This document shows, in pieces, positions 27,752-37,850 of a stretch of 64,000 nucleotides of DNA. Source of the stretch: a virus. Lineage: Duplodnaviria; Heunggongvirae; Uroviricota; Caudoviricetes. The notes beneath the pieces were generated by a model. It searched no databases. It saw only the letters and a program-made list of their open reading frames with translations, and was not told the origin of the DNA. Each line of letters begins with the position of its first letter. Position 1 is the first letter of the stretch. The position numbers and the translations under genes were made by a program. The stretch is taken from positions 61,232 to 125,231 of the IMG/VR virus record IMGVR_UViG_3300044878_000136; one strand, 5' to 3'.

Positions 27752-29395
27752 TTAGTTGCGGTGAATGCGTTCGCCGATGTACGCGACAACCCCACGCATG
27801 TGAGGTTTACGCAGAAGAGTCATCTTCGCGTCGAGCCATGCGGTAGGGTTGATGGTATTCCGAGCCAATGGACTGTTGCGGGGCAGTACCAGGCTGTTGC
27901 CGCATTCTGCTGTGGATTCGTGCAGGTGCGACATCGGATCGTGTACGTTCACATTCTGACTCTTGCCACTGGTGCCTGTGTGAGCCTGCATAACCAGGCG
28001 CGAGGTCACCTTGAAGAACATGTTGTCGCTCGGTGAGGAGACCGAGGAGACGTATGCCTTCGTAGCGGTGTTACGTAATTCGTGGATCTTTTCAGGAATG
28101 AAATACTTACCGAGGAGTTTGTTGTAATCCTCCTTGGTCAGCTTACGCTTCCGGTTCTTGGTGATCTCGAACACACAGCGGAAGATCTGTTCAAAGATAT
28201 CCCGCAGTACGTAGTTGGCTGTCATCAGCCGCTTGCCGTACATGCTCGCGATGTCAGTACCTTTACGCGCAATGATGTCATCCATGTTCTCTTGGATGTG
28301 AGAGCACAGTTGATAGATGTCATCGAATTCCAGTTCCTCTTCATCCAGGAGCGTACGACGAACTTCAACGTCCACGTAATCGTCCAGGCTGTTCAGGTGG
28401 GAATCAACGTTCTCAACCAACTTACCGTAGCCAAGCTGATCCCCGAAGAGGACATAAGCCAGCCACAGCTTCCAGGTGAACGGGTCAGCCAGTTCCTTGC
28501 GTTCAGTAACCTCAGGGAAATGGTCGACCATGTAGAAGAAGCCTGCTGCCAGACCTTCCACCAAGTGAGTCACCTTGGACTTCTCGAATACCAGCACCAC
28601 AGGGGATGCGTTCATCGAGTAGTTCAGGGACTTCTTCAATGTTGCTGGTGCTACTTTCCGACTGCGGATGAACGTGTACTTCTCCGGGTCCATCGGGTTT
28701 TCTGCCAGCTCTGCTTCGGTCGTGATGTGGACGTCACAGTGACCGAACTTGCGGAAGGTTTCTTCTGGCCCAAACTTACAGAACAGGTAATGAGGGATGG
28801 TGGTGATTACCCGCCCTACGTGGATCACATCGCTGCCGTGTTTGCGGTCGCGGTTACCTGCTCTGTGGTGCAGCTTGGAGTGAACGACATACTTGGAAAT
28901 CTTCTCCCCGTTGATGTCGATCGTGTAGATGATCCGCTTGAAGTTGACCGGTGCACGGTTCATCCGGATGAAGACGTAATCCTCACCCACCGAGAAACCT
29001 GGATCCGCAAGTACAGGGCTGATAGCAAACTGCTTGCCTGCAATCTTGATGAACCCACCCTTCCGAACATAAGGAAGGAAGAAGTACCGATCCTTCAGCG
29101 GTAACCCTTCAAACGCAAACTCATACTTGCACAAGACAACATCGCTTGGTGCAAGATCAACCGACGACTCCCCACGCCGTTTGATAGAAGCCATAACCAG
29201 GTAGGCTTCCTGAGGTGAACAGATAGATGACCCAATGTACTCGAAGTCTTGGGGAAAGCTACGACGCGCGCACCCAATCAGACGATCGACTTCGCCCTTA
29301 GCGTCTTGTAACCCGCTATACGCCATGCCGTCCAGAATTCTCTGGTCAAAGACTGGTTTCCCCTCTTGCATTTCATCGAAAAGTTCAATGTCCAT
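27752..29395 (-). CDS. Non-virion RNA polymerase beta subunit, N-terminal part (phiKZ gp123-like)
   Basis: 547 aa; LPYVRKGG.I.IAG.QF.ISPVLAD and YGKRL motifs; located two genes downstream of the capsid gene. Confidence 0.8.
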   Translation of the reverse strand: MDIELFDEMQEGKPVFDQRILDGMAYSGLQDAKGEVDRLIGCARRSFPQDFEYIGSSICSPQEAYLVMASIKRRGESSVDLAPSDVVLCKYEFAFEGLPLKDRYFFLPYVRKGGFIKIAGKQFAISPVLADPGFSVGEDYVFIRMNRAPVNFKRIIYTIDINGEKISKYVVHSKLHHRAGNRDRKHGSDVIHVGRVITTIPHYLFCKFGPEETFRKFGHCDVHITTEAELAENPMDPEKYTFIRSRKVAPATLKKSLNYSMNASPVVLVFEKSKVTHLVEGLAAGFFYMVDHFPEVTERKELADPFTWKLWLAYVLFGDQLGYGKLVENVDSHLNSLDDYVDVEVRRTLLDEEELEFDDIYQLCSHIQENMDDIIARKGTDIASMYGKRLMTANYVLRDIFEQIFRCVFEITKNRKRKLTKEDYNKLLGKYFIPEKIHELRNTATKAYVSSVSSPSDNMFFKVTSRLVMQAHTGTSGKSQNVNVHDPMSHLHESTAECGNSLVLPRNSPLARNTINPTAWLDAKMTLLRKPHMRGVVAYIGERIHRN

Positions 29396-29416
29396 CCGCG
29401 AGATCCCGCATTATTC

Positions 29417-30637
29417 CTAAGCCAATTTAAGTCGACTCAACCCTAAAAACGTACCGAGGATTGCTAAGCCCCCAGTGAGGACCTTGATCCATTCATACGT
29501 GTTCTTGATCTCGTCCCTAGCTACATCTTGTAGTGCCTTGTCACGCTCTCGCTCGTACTTCTCCCTTGCGAGTGCAGCATCCTGGTCTAACTTCTCACGC
29601 TCCCTTCGCCATTTCTCTCTTTGGAATGCGAACTCTTCATCATTCTTCTCTCGCTCCCGGTTGTACTTGGTATCGTTAGCTTCACGATCCCGGTCTATGT
29701 TGGCAGTTTCTATATCGCGCTTTAGCAGCGTGTTCTGGGCATCAGTTTCTTTGATGCGCATTTGGAGTTCAGCGATCCTCGCCTCCGACTGGAGTTTCAG
29801 ATCACCCATGGCCCTGGCTTCATCCACGGTATCGGCTACACCGAATTTCTTCGCTGCGTCCGAAAAGGACATAAGTTCACGGATATACCGCTTGTCAGGT
29901 TCAATGTTATTGTTGATTTCATCGGCGGACCGATTGCGGGTTATAATGAAGCCACATTCCGGAGAACCCGGTTTGTGTTTGACCGGCACATGGTAGACTT
30001 GGTCGCCAATGTACAGGTATTTGTCTTTGTAGCGTGGGTGGATGGAGTTGTCGACAGCCTCAATGGCATAAATCAGCGCTTCCGCGCCGCAGTTGTTGAT
30101 GAGTTTGACGGATTGGTCATTACCGCGTTCGTAGCGGTTCAGTGGGCTGTCGGGATGTTCGGTTTCAAGTCGTGTTGCATACATCAGCAGGATGTCAAGA
30201 TCCGGCTGGTAGATAGCGTCGTTGCGTTTACGCAGCAACTCTTCCTCTATAAAGATACGCATAGATGGTGAAGAATTACTGGGATTGCGAAGGTACAGGT
30301 AAAGCGCCTCTGCCGCATTACGACAGAACTCGTTGACGGCGCCATAGCGCTCGTACTGGTTCATTAAGGTCCGGATTTGTTCCTGCCCAGCATTCCAGAC
30401 CACCTCAATACAAATTACACCTTCTGACCGACCCCGCCCCTGCTTGATTTCTACCAGAGACCCAAGACGGTCTTTGACATATACTGACCGTCCCGTGAGA
30501 TTGGTGATGGTGTATGTCATCCCGTAATTGAGATACTGGTTGGTGATCTTGATTGGACCAGCGTTTTCGTTGTTACGAAAGATTACGCCGGACGAACCAT
30601 TGCCAGGGGCCTGTCGCTTGGAGAGTCCCATATCCAT
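29417..30637 (-). CDS. Conserved protein (phiKZ gp122-like) with a charged coiled coil and C-terminal hydrophobic helix
   Basis: R/E-rich coiled coil followed by WIKVLTGGLAILGTFLG; lies between capsid and RNAP genes. Confidence 0.6.
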   Translation of the reverse strand: MDMGLSKRQAPGNGSSGVIFRNNENAGPIKITNQYLNYGMTYTITNLTGRSVYVKDRLGSLVEIKQGRGRSEGVICIEVVWNAGQEQIRTLMNQYERYGAVNEFCRNAAEALYLYLRNPSNSSPSMRIFIEEELLRKRNDAIYQPDLDILLMYATRLETEHPDSPLNRYERGNDQSVKLINNCGAEALIYAIEAVDNSIHPRYKDKYLYIGDQVYHVPVKHKPGSPECGFIITRNRSADEINNNIEPDKRYIRELMSFSDAAKKFGVADTVDEARAMGDLKLQSEARIAELQMRIKETDAQNTLLKRDIETANIDRDREANDTKYNREREKNDEEFAFQREKWRREREKLDQDAALAREKYERERDKALQDVARDEIKNTYEWIKVLTGGLAILGTFLGLSRLKLA

Positions 30638-30723
30638 AGTTAGTTGCCTACCTTAAAGAATTACATCGAGTTCATTGAATCTACCCTGCTTTACGATAAT
30701 GTATTGCTATAAAAGCATAGACA

Positions 30724-30761
30724 GCATAAAGCCCCTGGGAGTGACCCCAGGGGCTTTATGC
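30724..30761 (-). terminator. Major capsid terminator
   Basis: Perfect 16-bp stem gcataaagcccctggg/cccaggggctttatgc. Confidence 0.85.
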
Positions 30762-30830
30762 ATTTGACACCTACGTCATGCTGCTAAAGGCAGCGGTACC
30801 GTTCCAAGGTTCTGGATCGGCGCCACGTTC

Positions 30831-32984
30831 TTAAGCAATAACTTCAGTGTTTTCCACACGAAAAGGCAGGGACTCTTCCAGCAGCTCGTCCACGCCCTCG
30901 ACTTCGATTTTCACGATGATCGGGAGCAGGTTGTAGTGTTGGAAGCGTGGCTGAACCACGGCCTCTTGACGTGGAGCGTTGTCGCGGGTTACCGACAGAG
31001 TCGACACGAGGGTCGGAGTCAGCAGCATCACGCCGGAGCTCAGTGGGTCGATGCCGTCGCCTTCGCGGACCAGAGTCATGTAGATGACTTTGTCCAGACG
31101 GGCGTCGACGTCGGATTCCAGCTGGAATGGCAGACCAGCACCCAGGGTGCGGCTGTCGCCCGACACGGTCATGAAGCGTTCGATCTTCTTGCTGGTGACC
31201 AGGGCAACTTTCCACGCCTTGGAGATTTCACCGCCATCTACGTAACGGCAGGCGTTCTCGTAGTTGGTGCGCTGTTGGATATCGAACGATACCGAACGGA
31301 TAACGTTCAGCAGAACTTCCTGGCCGTTCTTGATGTTGTCGACGGTGCTGGTGCTCTGAGCATTGCCACGCACGTTGACCTTCAAGGTCTGGACGTACGG
31401 GTTGATCAGGTAGCGACCGATACCTTCGATCGGCATGGCGTTTTCTTCGAAGTCACCGATGGTGAGCTCGCCGCGCAGGCCGCCGGTCAGACGCATCAGA
31501 CGTTCGTGGTAGCCGATCATCGAACCAACAGCTTCGTTGTTGATGTACGCGCCTACGGCGAAGGTCAGCCAGTCCATTACGGTCTGGTCGCGATCTTCCG
31601 ACACTGGGTACGGAACGAAGAACGGGGAACGAACGCGAGTCATCAGACGTTCTTTCACCGAACGGACGTTCAGCAGCAGACCCAGGTGACGATGGTTGGA
31701 GTTGGTCAGACGAGCGTCTGGCCACCAGCCTTCGGTCTTCAGGCCAGCCAGGCCGGAGACGATTGCAGCACCAGCAGTACCGGTCAGCGAGATTTGCTCG
31801 CCAGCGGCGTTGGTGATCGACATCACTTCCAGACCAGCTGGGTTGATGTTGATGGTGCCACGTTCAACGTCGGCGCTACCGTTCAGGGTAGTACGCAGAC
31901 GAACGCTGTAGTCGCCAGCTGCGATCAGGCCGAACACGGTGTCGGTCAGAGCGTCGCCGTTGTAGTCGACGGTATCCTTGTTGATCACCAGGGTGGTCAG
32001 CGGGAAGTCGAGCTTCAGGGCGCGGTTGCCTTGCTCTGGGCCTTTGTAGAAGCGGCTGAATGGCAGGCCACGGGTATCCCAGCGAATGGTGTCGCCGCCC
32101 AGGGTCACGAACACGGATTCGATACCGATGTTGCGATCCAGTGCTTCGGTGTAGTCAGCCTGACCAACACGGCTTACTGCGTCGGTTTGACCCACGCCGA
32201 ACAGGTTGATGGTCTTGCCCACTTGCAGAGCCGAAGTCAGAACGGTACGACGACCGGACTTGTATTCGAACGGAGTAACGACCGAAGTCGGAACGAACAT
32301 TGCAGCGGTCTGGGCGTTGTGGCCAGGAACCAGCTGAGTGCAGTTGTCGTTCAGAACCTGGTAGTCGATGTGCGAGTCGATCACGCGGCGCAGGCCGAAG
32401 TCGGATTCGCTACCGTCGTTGGCGTGGCGCAGAGTGTTCTGCACGTACAGGTTTGGAACTTCGACTTCTACGGTACCTTGCTCTGGGGTCAGAGGGATGG
32501 TGCGGTAGATCATTTCCATCGCCGGACCTTGGCGGGAAATTTTGTAGTTCAGACCGATCGAGATCGACAGGTGGTCGGTCAGGTTCTGGTTGTCGAACGA
32601 CTCAGTCGAGTAGACGCTGTCGTATTCCAGGCCGTAAGCCTGAGCGGAAGGCATGCCATCACCGACGGCGGCGCTTTCGGTGGAAACCATGCGCAGGTAG
32701 TCCGGAGCAGCACGGCCCAGGGATGCGATCATGGAAGCTACGGCCATGCCGTTGGCATTGCGGTAGTCGCCAGCTGCTTGACCTGGCTCGAGAGCGGCTT
32801 GCAGACCGTCGGCCACTTGGCTCAGGTCGAAGCTTTCGAAGCTGCCGTCTTTCAGGGCTTTAGCAACATCCATCGACTCGGTGCTGTACATCGAGGTCGA
32901 AGCTTGTGCCGCTTTCAGGTCGGCAATGTTTACACCGGTCGCGCCAGCGAAGCGGTTCTTACGTTTCAGCGAGAGAACACTCAT
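30831..32984 (-). CDS. Major capsid protein (phiKZ gp120-like)
   Basis: 717 aa; STESFD...SI..N propeptide junction; strong codon bias; position beside the helicase. Confidence 0.85.
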   Translation of the reverse strand: MSVLSLKRKNRFAGATGVNIADLKAAQASTSMYSTESMDVAKALKDGSFESFDLSQVADGLQAALEPGQAAGDYRNANGMAVASMIASLGRAAPDYLRMVSTESAAVGDGMPSAQAYGLEYDSVYSTESFDNQNLTDHLSISIGLNYKISRQGPAMEMIYRTIPLTPEQGTVEVEVPNLYVQNTLRHANDGSESDFGLRRVIDSHIDYQVLNDNCTQLVPGHNAQTAAMFVPTSVVTPFEYKSGRRTVLTSALQVGKTINLFGVGQTDAVSRVGQADYTEALDRNIGIESVFVTLGGDTIRWDTRGLPFSRFYKGPEQGNRALKLDFPLTTLVINKDTVDYNGDALTDTVFGLIAAGDYSVRLRTTLNGSADVERGTININPAGLEVMSITNAAGEQISLTGTAGAAIVSGLAGLKTEGWWPDARLTNSNHRHLGLLLNVRSVKERLMTRVRSPFFVPYPVSEDRDQTVMDWLTFAVGAYINNEAVGSMIGYHERLMRLTGGLRGELTIGDFEENAMPIEGIGRYLINPYVQTLKVNVRGNAQSTSTVDNIKNGQEVLLNVIRSVSFDIQQRTNYENACRYVDGGEISKAWKVALVTSKKIERFMTVSGDSRTLGAGLPFQLESDVDARLDKVIYMTLVREGDGIDPLSSGVMLLTPTLVSTLSVTRDNAPRQEAVVQPRFQHYNLLPIIVKIEVEGVDELLEESLPFRVENTEVIA

Positions 32985-33167
32985 GGAAAAACTCCAAACG
33001 TTTGATTTATAGCCTAGGCTTTTGTGGATCGACGCCGTCTAATCCCAGTCGACTGGAAGAAGCGATCCTTGTCCCGCGTGGCGTAAGTCTTGTAACTCGG
33101 TTTTGGAAACACGCCCGTTGAAGGGCGATATATTTCCTACATAAGAATACGGAGTACCCCGATGTAT

Positions 33168-33632
33168 TTAAATTTTCACAGAGGCCAGATATCGTCTGAA
33201 CGAATCTGACCCATGCGCTACCTTTCTTCCACAGTATTGGGAAAGGGCGCACAGCAATTCTTTCACAACATTACCTTCGTCACCGTCGGTCAGCTCAACC
33301 AGGTAGATTTCACCTTCAGCTTTGCCAGCGCGAATTGCGAAGCGAGTGAGGGCGAAATCCGGAATGGTCTTGCCGACGTGATTCTGGCCATACAATGCGA
33401 ACAGTGCATCGTCAGCGCTGTAGACCTCGCCATCCATCACATCAGGGAACACGAAATCTTTATGAATCCCCATTTGCTGCAACTTGGTCCGTAGCATTGT
33501 GTTCGCAAGACTGTACAACACAAGATCATGCTTAGATACTATGCATTCCAATTTGTCGATATCTGTCTTGTAGTAATCAGCCACGGCCGTTAGCCAAGCT
33601 GGGACGTACCGGACACTAAGTTTATCGTACAT
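33168..33632 (-). CDS. Conserved hypothetical protein between capsid and helicase
   Basis: 154-aa ORF; synteny. Confidence 0.6.
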   Translation of the reverse strand: MYDKLSVRYVPAWLTAVADYYKTDIDKLECIVSKHDLVLYSLANTMLRTKLQQMGIHKDFVFPDVMDGEVYSADDALFALYGQNHVGKTIPDFALTRFAIRAGKAEGEIYLVELTDGDEGNVVKELLCALSQYCGRKVAHGSDSFRRYLASVKI

Positions 33633-33699
33633 TTATACACTCCGCATTTGACAGTTGCCACACTCGGCCAGTGAGTGTAGGGCAAGCGAGCTAATAGCC

Positions 33700-35241
33700 A
33701 TGGAAATCAAATTATTACTACTGAAGGCTATCGGAGCCTCGTACTACTCGAGTCACGCCGAACGACCTGACGCAGATCCAATTCAGCAACTCCATGAGAA
33801 AGTCATGGAACATCTGAAGCTTCCTGAGGATCCTCTCGAGACATCTCGTGAGAAGTCAGGTCTCGTGAAACTGCGTAATGTCCTGATGTGGATGCACTTC
33901 AAGGGTCACAACGCCAAGTTGGATCTCGAAGACCTCCTCTCCAGGATACGCGTCGCATGCGGCGATAACGATCGCATGTACGACCTATTCCCCAGATCAT
34001 TACTACCGGTAACTGATCCGGCAGAGGCTGGGGCGAAGCTTGACGAGTTGATGGCCGACCTTTATGAGTTCGTAGCCGTCGAACAATTCGTGGCGATGAT
34101 GCGTTCGGTATCCCGGACCTTGGGCTTTGATCGTGAGAAGATCAAGGACATCAAGACCTACCGTGATGAGCTGATGACTAAGCTGCAAGAGCTACCACTG
34201 GGCGGGAAGAAGCGAGCGGCCCACGTAGCACGCATCATTGACATCAGTGACATGCAATCGGTAGAAGACGTCTACCACATGGCACAGACGGCGATCGACC
34301 CTCGGGCTATCCTGAGGTACGGGTTCAAGGCGATGAACCGTATGACGGGCGATCAGGGCGGTGCACGCCGTGGTGAGTGGTCGAACGTCTCGGCCTTACC
34401 AGGGCAGAACAAGTCGGGTAACCTGCTTGACACCTTTATCTCCATGTGTCTGTTCAACACGCCGGTGCTGTTCGACGAGACGAAGAAGCCATTGCACGTC
34501 TATACCACCATCGAGGACAAACTCGAACTGGTGTTCCAGAAGCTATACGTCATCCTGATGCAAGAGGAACACGGTCTCCCCGTAAAGATCCGTGGTCTGA
34601 AACCATCCGAGATGGCCGAGTACGTGAAGAAGCGTCTCGAAGCCAATGGCTGGAACGTGCGGTTCGTGGAGTTCCCGAACGGTGGCGATTCCGAAATCTA
34701 CCTCGATATCCTCAAAGGGTTCGAGCAAGAAGGTTTCGAAATTGTGTCGGCGGGTTGCGACTACGTGAACCTGATCGGTAAGCAAGGTATCCCGGCCATG
34801 ACGGCGGGTGATGAAGTGCAAGGTCTGCACCGGAAACTCCGTGGCTTCACCTCCCCGCACAACATCTTCCACTATACCGCTCACCAACTTTCGACGGATG
34901 CCAAGACTCTTGCGCGTCAGTTCCCTGATGACTACGTCCGTAAGCTCCCAGGGAAAGGCTACTACGAAGGTTGTAAGAAACTGGATACAGAGTTCGACTA
35001 CGAGTACATCGTTGCTAAGACGGTGTCTGGTGGCGCTACATGGCAGGAGTTCCAATGGTCGAAGCATCGGAAGATGGGCGCAACCGATGAATCCGCTAAA
35101 TACTTCTGCTTGAAGTTCCTTGAACTGCCGATGATTGGGTTCAAGTACGACGTGGATCTGGATATCGACACCTCCTACCGCAAAGTGGGTGCTCGTACTG
35201 CTGGACCAGATGCCGGTGCTGAATGGTCTGACTTCGAATAA
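33700..35241 (+). CDS. dnaB: DnaB-like replicative helicase (phiKZ gp118-like)
   Basis: Walker A ALPGQNKS; TIEDK; DYVNL; AHQLS; WSKHR motifs; no intein. ATG at 33700 preferred over the TTG at 33655. Confidence 0.85.
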   Translation: MEIKLLLLKAIGASYYSSHAERPDADPIQQLHEKVMEHLKLPEDPLETSREKSGLVKLRNVLMWMHFKGHNAKLDLEDLLSRIRVACGDNDRMYDLFPRSLLPVTDPAEAGAKLDELMADLYEFVAVEQFVAMMRSVSRTLGFDREKIKDIKTYRDELMTKLQELPLGGKKRAAHVARIIDISDMQSVEDVYHMAQTAIDPRAILRYGFKAMNRMTGDQGGARRGEWSNVSALPGQNKSGNLLDTFISMCLFNTPVLFDETKKPLHVYTTIEDKLELVFQKLYVILMQEEHGLPVKIRGLKPSEMAEYVKKRLEANGWNVRFVEFPNGGDSEIYLDILKGFEQEGFEIVSAGCDYVNLIGKQGIPAMTAGDEVQGLHRKLRGFTSPHNIFHYTAHQLSTDAKTLARQFPDDYVRKLPGKGYYEGCKKLDTEFDYEYIVAKTVSGGATWQEFQWSKHRKMGATDESAKYFCLKFLELPMIGFKYDVDLDIDTSYRKVGARTAGPDAGAEWSDFE

Positions 35242-35244
35242 ACG

Positions 35245-35297
35245 CAAAAAAAAGAAAGGCACATTTGGAGGAGCTTGCGCTCCTCCATTTATGCTGC
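35245..35297. terminator. Bidirectional terminator
   Basis: tggaggagc-ttgc-gctcctcca; TATGC on plus, U-tract on minus. Confidence 0.8.
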
Positions 35298-35302
35298 GAC
35301 TG

Positions 35303-35452
35303 TTAAGCAGCCGCTGGTTCCTTTCCTGTTCCCTTGCAGCGGGAGCAGAGTGCAGCTTCTTGTTCTTTCCGATTAGCTGCGGCTTCCATGCGTGCTTTGC
35401 AGTACATGAAACCGATGCCGATGCCGATGCCCAACAGTGCGATCTCTTTCAT
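35303..35452 (-). CDS. 49-aa membrane peptide with CxxCxGxG (not in ORF track)
   Basis: MKEIALLGIGIGIGFMYC...CSRCKGTG; ATGA overlap with the upstream stop. Confidence 0.6.
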   Translation of the reverse strand: MKEIALLGIGIGIGFMYCKARMEAAANRKEQEAALCSRCKGTGKEPAAA

Positions 35453-35586
35453 TTTGCTTCTCCTACCTTCTTGGCTTTCATTGCTTCGATTTCTTTACGA
35501 CCAATGTAACCACCGACGCATTCGCCGATCTTACCCGAGACGTAACCCAGGGCGATGATACCTGCAACAATTTTCAAAGCGTTCAT
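35449..35586 (-). CDS. 45-aa membrane peptide (not in ORF track)
   Basis: MNALKIVAGIIALGYVSGKIG...; ATGA overlap with the upstream stop. Confidence 0.6.
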   Translation of the reverse strand: MNALKIVAGIIALGYVSGKIGECVGGYIGRKEIEAMKAKKVGEAK

Positions 35587-35783
35587 ACGTAGCTCTCCAC
35601 CAGTGCATTGATTTGTTCGTCATTCATGAATGCCATCTCGATGCGATGGTGGCCATGGGCTTCCAGGATCTTGAACTTCTCATCCTGATTAGCCAGCGCT
35701 TTGCCGAACTTATAGGAACCAATAGCTACCTTGGTGGCAACCACGGCAATCAACCCAACCTTAACTGCGTTAAAGATACTCAT
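35583..35783 (-). CDS. 66-aa peptide with a hydrophobic N-terminus
   Basis: First gene after the TACAT promoter at 35824. Confidence 0.6.
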   Translation of the reverse strand: MSIFNAVKVGLIAVVATKVAIGSYKFGKALANQDEKFKILEAHGHHRIEMAFMNDEQINALVESYV

Positions 35784-35823
35784 ATGTCATACCCCGTAAT
35801 GGTTTAGTGTTGCTATTCACCTC

Positions 35824-35853
35824 GACTATGTATGACTGAAGAAAAGTTGAATA
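35824..35853 (-). promoter_or_regulatory. Putative phage early promoter (TACAT motif)
   Basis: 23/25 identical to 39751-39775; 17-mer identical to 9061-9077. Confidence 0.65.
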
Positions 35854-35895
35854 CGATTTATATGAGTTAACTCACCCCGTATAAAGGATTGCGTC

Positions 35896-37092
35896 ATGAA
35901 CGATCTGTTGCAGCAACACATCACTCAGCACTTCAACCCAGAGGTTTCTCTGGAGGGTTACGACTTCGCTGACCTGGTTTCCTTCGAAGCAGGCATGCGC
36001 GAAGACATCGCTCAGCTGGGCCGCTCCGTAGCCATGGCTACTGCGATCGAACAGCTGGACGTGGAAACCCTGTCCAACGAATCCTACCAGGTAGCGATCG
36101 AGTCGATCTTTACCACCGCAGAAGTCGAGATCCCGGTTTCGATGGTGGTCCCTTCTTTCGAATCCAGCCAAGCGCTGGTCGTGGCTACCGGCACTGAAGC
36201 CGAAGCCAAGGTCTCGAAGAAGAAAGGCATCCTCAAGCGCATCTGGGGCTTCATCAAAGGCCTGTGGGCTAAGCTGAAGGCCAAGTTCGCCAGCTGGTTC
36301 GGCAAGAAGAAGCAACACGTTCAAGTGCTGCAACTTCAACAGCAGAAGATGGAACACGCCGCCCAAGCCATCGGTTACACCTTCGGCGACAAAACCCCGA
36401 AAGCAGCAGGTGACGATCGGCAAGCACCAGGTGGTCATGCCGCACAGGGCGCCATCGGTTACGACGAAGGTAAGGTCCTGCGTATCGGCGTTCTGGGTAA
36501 GAACCCAGCCGACGTGGCCAAAGGTGCCGACCAAGTCGCCGGCGCCTCCCTGAAGCTGACTCACGCTGCTGAGCAAGCTTTCGAGAAACTGCTGCGCTTG
36601 GACTTCACCAAGTTCGATAAAGATTCCGCCTCCACCGTCGCCAAGTCGGTCGGTGACCACAAGGACAACGTCACTCTGCCATCCGGCGGACACGCGACCT
36701 TCTTCATCGGCCGGTCCGGTGCTCAAGTGGTCGTTGCCGGTGGTGGTCACGAATCCTACGCCGTCAAGAACGCGAGCCAGATCCCTGTGCGTGAACTGCT
36801 GCACGCTCGTGCTGCAATGGTCAACGCGCTGGACGTCAACTGCAAGACCATGGAAAAGCGTCAGGTTGAGCTGAAACTGCTCGAGCAGATCGCTGATGAA
36901 GAAGAGAAGAAGATCGACAAGTACACGCCTGATCAGGCTGCTGAACTGGCCGCTTCTTCGAAGAAGGCTAACGCCCTGCAAGTGGGTATCGGTATCGCTA
37001 CCCGTCTGCTGGCTTGCCCAGTAGAGCGCATCCTGGATCCAGGTATCCATGAAGTGGACGTTTGCCTGGGCGCACGTAACGCTGTCGCCTAA
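35896..37092 (+). CDS. Internal head/ejection protein (phiKZ gp93-like paralogue family)
   Basis: Acidic propeptide with SLE/SFE/SNE sites, then the amphipathic KKGILKRIWGFIKGLWAKLKAKF helix. Confidence 0.7.
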   Translation: MNDLLQQHITQHFNPEVSLEGYDFADLVSFEAGMREDIAQLGRSVAMATAIEQLDVETLSNESYQVAIESIFTTAEVEIPVSMVVPSFESSQALVVATGTEAEAKVSKKKGILKRIWGFIKGLWAKLKAKFASWFGKKKQHVQVLQLQQQKMEHAAQAIGYTFGDKTPKAAGDDRQAPGGHAAQGAIGYDEGKVLRIGVLGKNPADVAKGADQVAGASLKLTHAAEQAFEKLLRLDFTKFDKDSASTVAKSVGDHKDNVTLPSGGHATFFIGRSGAQVVVAGGGHESYAVKNASQIPVRELLHARAAMVNALDVNCKTMEKRQVELKLLEQIADEEEKKIDKYTPDQAAELAASSKKANALQVGIGIATRLLACPVERILDPGIHEVDVCLGARNAVA

Positions 37093-37145
37093 GCAAAAAA
37101 AGAAAGGGCATAGAGCCGGGGCGTAGTGCCCCGGCTCTATGCTGT
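37093..37145. terminator. Bidirectional terminator
   Basis: 15-bp stem gcatagagccggggc/gccccggctctatgc; A-tract on the left. Confidence 0.85.
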
Positions 37146-37826
37146 CTATGCGTAGTTCTTGATGAACGTGTTGAGATCGTTGACCATCATCTCGGCGTAG
37201 TTGTAAATCCGCTCGAGGCGGTGGATGGTTTTCCCACCACCCTGCTGCATGATGTCGTGAATCTCGTTACGACCATGGGCTGCTTCGTCCCGCACTTCCC
37301 GTAGGTATTCGAAGAACGGACCAGGCTCACCTCGCATGATTCCAGTGAGCCACTCACGTTTCAGAACCGTGCTTGCATCTGGGATCACGTAAGGCTTGAT
37401 CATGATCTGCTCTTCGATTGGAGGCTGAGGACATTCGGATGTCCTGTTGCGCACCATCTCCCATTTGCGATGCTGAGGGAGTCCCTCTTCACCCCGGATG
37501 AACGGAGGGTAGGCATCGAGCAACCACTTCAGCGCATCCTCGATCTTCTTGTTACGGAAGTGGATGTAACCTTCGATGAACTCTTTGGCTTCTTCGAAGG
37601 TGCAGTTGTTCCGCATCTTCTCGGCATAGGTCAACACTGGCGCGTAATACTTGATCGCGTGCCAGTAGGTGAGTTTGATCACCCCCTCGACCAAGTGCCA
37701 TGCAGGGATCATGGGACGGAACCCAGGCTGCATGCCGTGCTGGAGTTGCTCACGAGTGTAAAGCAGACCTTCCGGGATTGGAAGATCCGGGTTACCACAC
37801 GGTGCCGCATTGTTGCGCTTAGCCAT
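37146..37826 (-). CDS. Hypothetical protein
   Basis: SD ggagg upstream of the ATG at 37826. Confidence 0.6.
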   Translation of the reverse strand: MAKRNNAAPCGNPDLPIPEGLLYTREQLQHGMQPGFRPMIPAWHLVEGVIKLTYWHAIKYYAPVLTYAEKMRNNCTFEEAKEFIEGYIHFRNKKIEDALKWLLDAYPPFIRGEEGLPQHRKWEMVRNRTSECPQPPIEEQIMIKPYVIPDASTVLKREWLTGIMRGEPGPFFEYLREVRDEAAHGRNEIHDIMQQGGGKTIHRLERIYNYAEMMVNDLNTFIKNYA

Positions 37827-37850
37827 TTCGACCTCCACGGTCTTAGTGAA

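Noticed and set aside
25751-33005. Long antisense ORFs (25751-27745, 28082-29104, 30936-33005; also 17440-18522)
   Set aside because: Shadow ORFs opposite strongly codon-biased genes; no SD; protein sequences implausible.
27752-35241. Inteins or introns in RNAP, capsid or helicase
   Set aside because: Lengths match uninterrupted homologues; no intein or LAGLIDADG motifs seen.
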